DNA of 64,000 nucleotides from Rhizophagus irregularis (Eukaryota): NCBI RefSeq assembly GCF_026210795.1, contig NC_089435.1, positions 5,022,001 to 5,086,000 of the forward strand, read 5' to 3'. Shown piece by piece: positions 39,384 to 49,912 of this stretch (position 1 is its first letter; each line of letters starts with the position of its first letter). The notes under the pieces were generated by a model. It saw only the letters and a program-made list of their open reading frames with translations, ran no database searches and was not told where the DNA came from. The position numbers and the translations under genes were made by a program.

Positions 39384-40120
39384 AGAAGAATTGCGGGAAA
39401 CACTTATAACTTGTTTATTTTACGAGATAGTATTTGATTAAATTTAAAAGAATAGAGGGAAATTTTTTCACCTTTTTATAATATTTTGAAAATGCATAAA
39501 ACACGATTATTATTATATCATATTTTATTTAATGCTGATCCCATGGTTAACCTTCAGGTTAACCTTTGGTTAACCAAATCATGGTTAACCACGGTTAACA
39601 TCATTTAAACGGAAAGAAACGAGCAAATTGTATATTGCCGCATATTTAAAATTTTTCGAGAATAAAAATTGGCATACATTTATTTAATGATTTAAAAAAA
39701 TTACCTTGACCTTTAGATGCGTTTAATATAAATTCATTATCAAGAGTTTATTTTATCATCGTATTTTGTTATTTTTGTATTACCATATTGGAACTTTTGT
39801 ACTGCGTTGCCCAAATAATACTATAATTAAAAATGGGATTTAATATATAAAAATTTTTATAAGACGATAGTTTCATTAGCAGAATACGAGATTCGGGGTA
39901 ATATTTAATTCAGTAATATTAGAATACAATGCTTTCATATCATGATTCTACCTTAAAAAAATTTTATTAGAGATAATAAACTATTTATATTTATAGAACA
40001 AATTTAAAATTTTAGCACCATCGAGAAATTAAATTATACAATAATAATTTTTATTTTTATTCCCTTATTAAATTTCGAAAAATGCAATGAAATACATACA
40101 ATTGATTCAAATTTTATTTT

Positions 40121-41737
40121 CTATACTTTTTGATACCGATAAAAAGTTTCTTCTAAATTTTTCTCCCTACCTAAATTATACTTATAAAAAAAACCAAGTT
40201 GAGCTTGTGCATCAGTATATCCTTGTTTAGCTGATTTTTTATACCATTTAAACGCTTTAACTTCATCTTTTTTAACACCAATTCCAACTTCATAACATAC
40301 ACCTAAATTATATTGTGCGTATTTGTCACCATATTTTGCTGCTCTTTCATACCAATAAAAAGCTTCTTTTAAATTCTTTTCTGTACCTATACCATTTTTA
40401 TAAAAGGAGCCAACTTGAGATTGCGCTTTACTATATTCTTGTATAGCTGATTTTTTATACCATTCAAGTGCTTTAACTTTATTTTCTTCAACACCAACCC
40501 CATCTTCATAACATGCTCCCAAATTATATTGTGCAAATTTATTTTCATTTTCTGCTGCTTTTTGATACCAACAAAAAGCTGCTTCTAAATCTTTTTCTAT
40601 ACCTATACCATTTTCATATAGATAACCAAGTTTGTTTTGCGCTTTACTATATTCTTCTTCTGTTAATTTTTTATACAATTCAAATGCTTTAACTTCATCC
40701 TTTTCAACACCAATTCCATTTTCATAACATACAGCCAAATTATATTGTGCTTCTTTACATTCATTATTTTCTGCCGCTTTTTGATACCAATAAAAGGCTT
40801 TTTCTAAATCTTTTTCTGTACCAATACCATTCCTATAACAAGTTCCTAAACTATCTTGTGCATCAGTATATCCTTGTTCCGCCGATTTTTTATACCATTC
40901 AAGTGCTTTAGCTTCATCTTTTTCAATACCATCTCCATATTCATAACATAAAGCAAGATTATATTGTGCTTTTTCATCCCCATTTTCTACAGCTTTTTGA
41001 TTCCAATAAAAAGCTTTTGAATGTTCATCCGTTCCTATACCATAATTATAAAAATATCCAAGTTTGTTTTGTTTTTCATTATGTTCTTGTTCAGCTGATT
41101 TTTTATACCATTTAAGTGCTTCATTTACATCTTTTTCAATACCATCTCCATTTATATAACATAATCCTAAATTATATTGTGCTTCTTTACATCCATTTTC
41201 TGCTGCTTTTTGATACCAATTAAAGGCTTCTTCTAAATCTTTTTCTGTACCAACACCATTTTTATAAAAAAATCCAAGTCTACATTGTGCTTTACTGTAC
41301 TCTTTTTCAGCTGATTTTTTATACCATTCGAATGCTTTATATTCATCTTTTTCAAAACCATCTCCATTTTCATAACATTTACCTAAAAAATACTGTGCAA
41401 AAACATTTCCATTTTCTGCATCTTTTTGATACCATTGAACAGCAGATGGATAAGAAGAGAGCATTTCAACCAATGTTAATGCTTTATTTAGTAAAAGTTT
41501 AAAAGGTTTTTGCTCTTCTTCGTTCAAATAGCTTCCAAAGTTATGTCTAGTTTTCGGTGATTTTGCATTATCCGGTGCATCTGAACATTTATCAAGATGA
41601 TTTTGCATCCGCTTAGGAATAGCTCGTTCAAATACTTTTTGACGACAATAATTACATTGTGCACGAGGATGTTTTTTATTTTTATCTTTCTTAATGACTG
41701 TCCAATGTTTCCAAACTTGTTTCTTTTCTCTTTCCAT
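40121..41737 (-). CDS. SEL1-like repeat protein with N-terminal BED-type zinc finger, intronless, 538 aa
   Basis: N-terminal VWKHW...AQCNYC...RMQNHLDKC (W..CxxC..H...C BED pattern). About 12 36-aa SEL1 repeats (AQYNLG.CYENG.GVEKDE.KA.EWYKKSAEQ). Confidence 0.9.
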   Translation of the reverse strand: MEREKKQVWKHWTVIKKDKNKKHPRAQCNYCRQKVFERAIPKRMQNHLDKCSDAPDNAKSPKTRHNFGSYLNEEEQKPFKLLLNKALTLVEMLSSYPSAVQWYQKDAENGNVFAQYFLGKCYENGDGFEKDEYKAFEWYKKSAEKEYSKAQCRLGFFYKNGVGTEKDLEEAFNWYQKAAENGCKEAQYNLGLCYINGDGIEKDVNEALKWYKKSAEQEHNEKQNKLGYFYNYGIGTDEHSKAFYWNQKAVENGDEKAQYNLALCYEYGDGIEKDEAKALEWYKKSAEQGYTDAQDSLGTCYRNGIGTEKDLEKAFYWYQKAAENNECKEAQYNLAVCYENGIGVEKDEVKAFELYKKLTEEEYSKAQNKLGYLYENGIGIEKDLEAAFCWYQKAAENENKFAQYNLGACYEDGVGVEENKVKALEWYKKSAIQEYSKAQSQVGSFYKNGIGTEKNLKEAFYWYERAAKYGDKYAQYNLGVCYEVGIGVKKDEVKAFKWYKKSAKQGYTDAQAQLGFFYKYNLGREKNLEETFYRYQKV

Positions 41738-42214
41738 TTGATTATTAGTTTATTATAAACAAATTGTACATGCGATTACTAAAACTGTTTCAGGTACTTG
41801 CACAAATTCACGTGATTTGATTTCACAAAGCACTGTTTTTGTCTATTAAACCATAGCCCCCAATAAACATAACTAAAAAGGTATTGTACTGTACTATGTT
41901 ATTTGGAATTTCATTATTTTTTTTCTAAAAGTGATTATTTAAATATTTATATATGAAGAAATAAAAAAAAACAAATTATTTTCTAAAATTAGAAATGGGC
42001 TAAGCGTATTTTTTTTTTTTAACAAAGAAATTGCATATGCATATTCTAATTGGCGTATAGGTTGCTATGACATTGATTATTTATAAATATAGTCGGGATA
42101 CTGATTAAGTATATTATATGTATATTCGGTAAATTTCGGGAAATTTTTCCTTAAATACTGTCTCAATTTGAATTTCATCAATTTCATCTCAAAATCCCAT
42201 ACTTATATATAACA

Positions 42215-44587
42215 ATGAGTTACATGAGTTACTCAATTGAAGAAATAAATGACGAAAAATATATTCGTTTTTTGGATCTTAATCTTTCATCAATCATTCA
42301 AAGTTATTTTCCACGTGAAGATTTGTTCCATAATGCGGTTGTATAGTGTATAAAATAATTGCATAATTACATAAAATGCTTCTAATATTAATACTTTTTC
42401 AAATAAAATAGCTTCCAGCAAAGAATTTACTATCCATTTTGAATAATCTTAAAATTAATTACGGTTCTTATTTTCCTGATTTGATTAATTGGATCGAAAA
42501 TCAGTATAAAGATGAAATTAAACTAATCCGAATAATAACTGAAAAAGTAAATTCAAAGTAATATAACCTTCATTGAAATAGTTTTGTTTGATAAAGTTAT
42601 CAATCCTCTAATTATTCTTTCAGGGATTTATTAAATTTGACAATCTAGCCCAATTGTTTCCAATAGGTATAAATTTTTTATATCTCATATGTTAATTTTT
42701 TCATAATTATATTAACCTATTACACATGTTTAAGGTCAACATGTATACGCTGAAAAAGATGGAACTATAATTGGAGAAAAAGTTACTGGAACAGAAATAA
42801 AATATTACAACACCATCGAACACTTTATAGTTAATGTTAAAGCAATTGATTCAGGTTTACATCATTATTTTTTTATTATTGTTATTTGTCAAAATTTTGT
42901 TACTTATTCATTTGGATTTTTATAGGTGGTCACTCATTTATTCGTACAACCAATTCTTACAGAATTGATTTCTGGAAAGGCTTACGTAAAATCAATAAAC
43001 TTCCAATCATTCCATTATTAAAAGAGGATGAAATTTACAATAGATTAGTAGAACGTGGAAAAAAGTTCATAAAATATGCAATAGGTCATCATTTTCTCCA
43101 ACATTCTAGAAAATATAGTAAAGGTCGTATTATGATTGATGTTTCCAGATATAATAGTACACATTCAGATTACGAAAAAGGTATAGAAATGGATGGTGTT
43201 AAAGAAGAAGAACTCTTCATGTGTGCATCTAAACTTCGTGCATATAGTTTTACGTGGAAAGAATGGTATCGTATCGATGTTGAACAATTAAGCGGTATAA
43301 TTTTAAAACTTAACACTAATTCTTTTACTTTATTTTGCATTTATTTCTTACATTTTGCTCTAATTTTAGAAATAACGTTTGATGACAAAGCATTTGATAA
43401 ACTTGTTCTTGATCAAACAAGAAAAAGTCTAATTGAAAGTCTTGTGAAATTTGAGTATAGTAAAACAGATATTATTAGTAATAAAGGTGATGGATGTACT
43501 TTTTTGTTACATGGTCCTCCTGGAGGTTTGTTATTTTTAATTATCTTCTTGCCTATGATAATGAGTCATGTAAATTTAACAACAATTATCTTTAACAGTT
43601 GGAAAAACATTAACTGCTGAAGCAATTTCTGAGAAACTTCATCGTCCATTATATATTGTTAGTATTGGGGAATTAGGAACAGATGCAAAAAATTTAGAAA
43701 AAGAATTAAGAAATATTTTTGAGATGGCAGATATTTGGAATGCTATTATTTTAATTGATGAAGGTAAAATATGTATTGATACATCAATTGATTGATATTT
43801 TACTCTAACCATTTATTACAATTATACATATAGTTGATATTTTTCTTGAACGTCGAAATGCATTTGAAGTTAAACGTAATGCTCTAGTATGTGTATTTTT
43901 AAGATTACTCGATTATCATCAAGGAATTGTATTTTTAACCACGAATCGAGGTAGGAACTTTTAAAATATAATACTTTTAAAGTTTATTCCAGTGCTTAAT
44001 ATATTCAACTCTATAGTAAATTGCCTTGATGATGCTTTCCAAACTCGTATTTCAATTTTCTTAGAATACAAAGAACTGGACACTAAAGGTAAACTACCTT
44101 TTTATTATAAAAAATTGTTACTCTTATTAATTATTTTTTTTTATATTTATAGCACGTGAAACATTATGGAGTACATTCTTGGAATTTTTAGATTATGACC
44201 CTAATAATAATGTGAATGTTAAAAAATTAAGTGAAAAACATCAACTAAATGGAAGAGAGATTAAAAACATTGTAAAATTGGCAAGGGTAAATACAAATAC
44301 ATGATTTTAATATAAATTTAATAAGACTAACTTTGTTTTAATTAGGCATTAAATAAGGAAAAAAATGAATTAATTACTACAGAATTACTAGAAAAAATTA
44401 TCAATATTTCAAGTAAGAAAACATTAGAAAAAAGTGCTGAAGGTAAGAAAAAAAGACCCGAATTGTTAAATTAGTATTGGATTTTAATTTTTTTCAATTC
44501 TTTTTAGAAACCCAATCAGAAGGAAATAAAAGGAAGTCTGGAATCAATGACCAGGACAACCAACCAAATTCGAAGAAAATCAAATAA
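42215..44587 (+). CDS. AAA+ ATPase (fungal GPPGVGKTLTAE-type), 12 exons, intact
   Basis: All exons join in frame. Walker A HGPPG|VGKTLTAE, Walker B IILIDE|VDIFLERR, sensor FLTTNR, arginine finger DDAFQTRI, lid LNGREIKNIV. C-terminal KRK...KKIK is a possible bipartite NLS. Confidence 0.9.
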
Positions 44588-44796
44588 TAACTAGCACAAA
44601 TGTAATTAAATGTGTACCCTTTGCATAGTCCTTCGCTGCGCTCCGGACTAATAACTAAATGAATGTTATTCATTGAATAAAAAAATGTATAATTAATTAA
44701 TTACTTATTTTAGGTTTATTATTAAAATAATTTATTACCAATTAAATTATAATTTCTCGTAAATTTATAGAATAAAAACTTGTAAAATAAATAATT

Positions 44797-45116
44797 CATT
44801 CTTTTCAACACCACTAACTCTATTTTCATAACATACAGCCAAACTATATTGCGCTTCTTTACATTGCCGCTTTTGATACCAATAAAACGCTTGTTCTAAA
44901 TCTTTTCTCCATTTTATAAAAATCCAAGTTTACATAGTGCCTGATTGTTTATACCATTCGAATGCTTTATATTCATCTTTTCAAAACCATTCCCATATTC
45001 GTAACATCTACCTAAAACTGCCCTATAAAAAATGTTAGTTCGTGTTTTGTATTCCGTGTTTTTTCCATGAATGTATCCGGAGTTTTTCGGAAATCACTGC
45101 ATTTTCATCCAATGTT
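44797..45116 (-). pseudogene. Deleted remnant of a second SEL1-repeat gene
   Basis: TTTTCATAACATACAGCCAAA.TATATTG.GCTTCTTTACATT and ATACCATTCGAATGCTTTATATTCATCTTTT match 40720-40762 and 41320-41352, with many small deletions. Confidence 0.8.
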
Positions 45117-45399
45117 TAATGTCTGATAACAATAGGCTGATTTGGTTGTTGAACCGCAACTAAACCCTATAATAGTTTTCATTTTGTTTTTTCTAAAAGT
45201 GATTATTTAATAAAGTATAAGAAAATAATTTCTAAAATTAGAAATGGGCTAAGCGTATTTTTTTTTTAACAAAGAAATTGCATGCATAGTGTATGCATGT
45301 TCTAATTTTTAGCTATGGTTATATATATGTTTGAATAAAATTTTCCTTAGAAGCCGTCTCAATTCTGAATCTAATCACAAAATCCATACTTATATAACA

Positions 45400-47820
45400 A
45401 TGAATTACTCAATTGAAGAAATAAATGATATGAAATATATTCGTTTTTTGGACGGTAAACTTCTGTCAATCATGCAAAGTTATTTTCCATATGAAGACTT
45501 GTTCCGCAATGCGGTTGTATAGTGTATAAATAATTGTATAATTACATAAAATGCTTCTAATATTAATACTTTTTCAAATAAAATAGCTTCCAGCAAGGAA
45601 TTTACTATCCATTTTGAATAATCTTAAAAATAATCACGGTCCTTATTTTCCTGATTTGATTAATTGGGTCGAAGAACAGTATAAAGATGAAATTAAATTA
45701 ATCCAGATAATAACTAATAATGTAAATTCAGAGTAATGTAACCTTTCTTGAATTGTTTTGTGTGATAGAATTATCCATTCTCAAATTATACTTGCTTTCA
45801 GGGATTTATTGAATTTAAAAATTTAGCCCAATTGTTTCCAATAGGTATAATTGTTGTATCTCATATATTTTAATGCTTGTTAATTTCATAATTATATTAA
45901 TCAATTACACATGTTAAAGGTCAAAATGTATACATTAAATTGGATGGAACCATAATTGGAGCGAAAGTTATTATGACATATTATGATTATGAAAATTTTA
46001 TTATTGATTTGGAAGTAATTAATTCAGGTTTGCATCATTATTTTTTTTATTACTATTTGTTAAAATCTTGCTTCTTGATTCTTTAATTTATTTTGATTTT
46101 TTTAGATGGTTACTCATTTATTTATGAGAAATATTATACATTTATTGATTTCTGGAAAGGCTTATGTAAAATCAATAAGCTTCCAATAATTCCATTATCA
46201 AAAGAGGATAATATTTATAATAAATTAGTAGCACGTGGAAAAAAGTTCATAAAATATGCAATAGGTCATCATTTTTTACAACATTCACATTCTAGTAAAT
46301 ATAGTAAAGGTCGTATTATGGTTGATATTTCCAATTATAAGAATTACAGTTTAGCTAGTAGTATTTTCAATAATAATTGTTATCTTGAATACTTAGAAGA
46401 TATAAAAATAAATGATGATGTTAAAGAAGAAGAACTCTTCATGTGTGTATCTAAACTTCCTGCATATAGTTTTACATGGAAAGATTGGCATTTTATTGAT
46501 GTTGAGCATTTAAATGGTAAAATCTTAAAAGTTAATACTAGTTTTTTACTTATTTTATATTTATTTTACATTTATTCAATTTAGAAATAACGTTTGATAA
46601 CGAAGCATTTGATAAACTTGTTCTTGATCAGGAAAAAAAAAGTATCATTGAAAATATTATAAAATTTGAATATAGTAAAACAGATATTATTAATAGTAAA
46701 GGTGATGGATATACTTTTTTGTTACATGGTCCTTCTGGAGGTTTGTTATTATTAATTATTTTCTTATTTATGATAATAAATCATGTAAATTTAACAATAA
46801 TTATTTATAATAGTTGGAAAAACATTAACTGTTGAAGCAATTTCTGAGAAACTTCATCATCCATTATATTCTATTAGTACTGGAGAATTAGGAACAAATG
46901 CAAAAGATTTAGAAAACAATTTAAGAAATATTTTTAATCTAGCATATTATTGGAATGCTATTATTTTAATTGATGAAGGTAAAATATTTATTGATATATC
47001 AATTGATTTATATTTTATTTTAACTATTTTTATAATTATATATATAATAGTTGATATTTTTTTTGAATGTCAAAATGTACATGAAGTTAATCATAATGCT
47101 CTAGTATGCGTATTTTTAAGATTACTTGAATATCATCAAGGAATTGTATTCTTAACAACAAATCGAGGTAGAAATTTTTAAATGGAATACTTTTAAAAAA
47201 TTTATTCTAATGCTTAATATATTTTTATTTTATAGTATATTGCTTTGATGATACTTTTCAATTTCATATTTCAATTTCCTTAGAATATAAGGAACCAGAC
47301 ATTAAAGGTAAATTACCTTTTTATTATTAACAATTATTATAACTTAAATTAATTATAATTTTTTTTATATTTATAGCACGTGAAATATTATGGAATACAT
47401 TTTTGGAATTTTTAGATTACAACCCTAATAATGTGAATATTAAAAAATTAAGTGATATACATTTAAATGGAAGAGAGATTCAAAATACTGTAAAATTAGC
47501 AAGTGTAAATATAATTACAATATATAAAAATATATAATTTTAATATATATTAAATTTAATAAGATAAATTTTATTTTAATTAGACATTAAATAGGGAATT
47601 AATTACTACAGAACTACTAGAAAAATTTATCAATTTAACAAGTAAGAAAATATTAGTAAGCAGTGCTGATGGTAAGAAAAAAAATTCTAAATTGTTAAAT
47701 TAATATTTTAATTTTTTTTAATTCTTTTTTTTTCCTATAAAAAACTTAATTAAAGGAAATAAAAGAAAGTCTGGAATCAATGATCAAGACAACCAACCAA
47801 ATTCAAAGAAAATAAAATAA
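45400..47820 (+). CDS. AAA+ ATPase tandem paralog, reading frame open but catalytic arginines lost
   Basis: Same 12-exon layout as 42215-44587, with no stop found on manual joining. HGPSG|VGKTLTVE, DIFFECQ (vs FLERR), DDTFQFHI (vs DDAFQTRI). The last acceptor is mutated (TAG to TAA), with an in-frame AAG alternative at ~47755. Confidence 0.75.
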
Positions 47821-49912
47821 TGGTAAACTAATTTATAAACTTAAATTAAATAAATGTGACTGTTAATTATTTATTTAAAATTTATTAATAAAAATAATTT
47901 ATTAATGACTAAATTATAATTTATATATAATAGATAATTGAGTTTAAAACTAATAAGCATTTTTGATATAGCTTAGGTAAAAAAATTATTAATAAAGAAA
48001 ATATTCAAAATCAATATAAATAATTAGAATATATGATTTGCTGAGAAATTTCATTTCCTAAATATAACATTTATAATTAAAAAAATTCTTTGATATAAAT
48101 AAATTGAATTGTATAAAATATTATTAAATAATAAAATTTTATTATAATTAGATCTTATAAAAAATCATGTTTTTAATAAGATTTTATACAATTTTTTCTT
48201 AAAATGTATTGTTTGCATGATTTAACCATAATTTATACTGAATTTATATTGATTTAATCACAGAATTACATAATTTAAGTATAGAATTTACATAATTTAA
48301 TCAATGAATTTACTGCTTAAATTACAATTATTAATATTAATTGCATTTATATAAATTTGATTTTATTTTATTAAATTATTAAATCAAATATAAAAATAAA
48401 ATAAATCCTTAGTATCATATCATTCATGTGATTATAATTAGTCAATAATATAAATTAATTTTTATCATTTAAAATTATAACATAACAGATAAATTGTAAT
48501 AAATATTCTAAAATTAATACAGCTACAAAAAAATAAAATTTTTATAAAAATTAATATTCAAGTGATTTTAATTTACTTAAGGCTCAAATATCTCTTATAC
48601 AACTCACATTAAAGTTTGTATAGAGTTTATATATTAATTTAGCCAGAATTGTATATTTCAGAAGTATTTTTAAAATTTTCTTATCCTACATATTCTGTTT
48701 TAAGTAATCTAGTGATTGGATTTTAATGAATTTAAATTTATTGAATTCATCTTAATAAAATGAATCTTTAAACAATTTTACCAAAAATATTTAAAAACAG
48801 AAAATTGTAAAACATTTCACAGATGACTAAACTTTTATAAGTTTTACCAGTTTTTACAATTATATTTATATATAATTTCACATTTTATTATTTATGTGAT
48901 ACTCTAATTAATTTTTGCAATTTTACAATTATTATTTATTAATTATATAATACTTTAATCAATTAATAGTTACAAATTTATTATTTAATTTTTATATGAT
49001 TTAACGTAAAAAAAATTAACTTTCTAACTTATATTTATTTATCAAATTATTAATATTATTTTTTTTTTTTTTTTAAAAAACTTTATTATAGATGCAATCA
49101 TGTCTTATTATAATCACACTTACTTACATATATAAACTTACAAAATATAAGATAAACAAATACATATAAGAATTAAGCATTATGAAACAAGACTACTTTT
49201 CATAAAGAATAAGTCGACCTGTCACCTAAACGATCACATCATTGTTAAAAACCATGATGCGATCTCAAATTCAAAGGCGACTGTCATGATCTACCTAAAA
49301 ATTTGCCCAGTGACCGCCACGATGGAATGCCAAATCATTCCATTTATTCCAATTACTTTCTAACATATTACAGTCAACATTTTTAACATCCACTTCAGTG
49401 CGTTTACTATGTGACTTAGCTTTTTTATTGTCTGAAGCGTAAGCGTAGGACACTTCCATACTACTCCATACCATGCATGTTGGTGTCTGTCCGCACGCGT
49501 GTATGGCCAATAAAATCTAAGGATCAGGTGTAACTTTAGATTTGTTTACGTGCATCTTTATGCCCCTGATTCTAAAAATATCTTTATAAAATCACATGAC
49601 ACATGACTGTTTACACGTTAAAAATATCTTCAAAAAATTTAATTTTATTATTTTGTTTTTTTTCATCCCTTACTTAAAATTCTTTTAAGTTATTTCTTAA
49701 AAGTTTTTTACGGCATTCAAAAAATAGTAATTAATTTTTTTTTATTATTTATAATTTTTACAATGTATTTGTTTTTTTTAATTAAAAATTAAAATAAAAA
49801 TAAAAATAAATAAAAAATAAAACAATTGTATTCATAAATATTATATACCACTGAATTTTTTATTGCTGTGTTGTTTTCGTTGATATTAATTGCTTGTAAA
49901 ATCGTAAATCAA

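Larger units (their letters stand above)
36929..39738. repeat. Inverted segmental duplication (~1 kb arms: ~36929-37950 and ~38740-39738)
   Basis: Upstream non-coding sequence, exons and introns of the two actinoporin-like genes are reverse-complement homologous, around a ~0.8 kb spacer. Confidence 0.9.

Noticed and set aside
40121..41737. Bacterial contamination or recent HGT (intronless SEL1 gene)
   Set aside because: Composition matches the neighbours, and it is co-duplicated with an intron-rich gene.
49295..49510. Independent 71-aa gene
   Set aside because: Chimera of the Helitron 5' end and the retroelement ORF2-like C-terminus.
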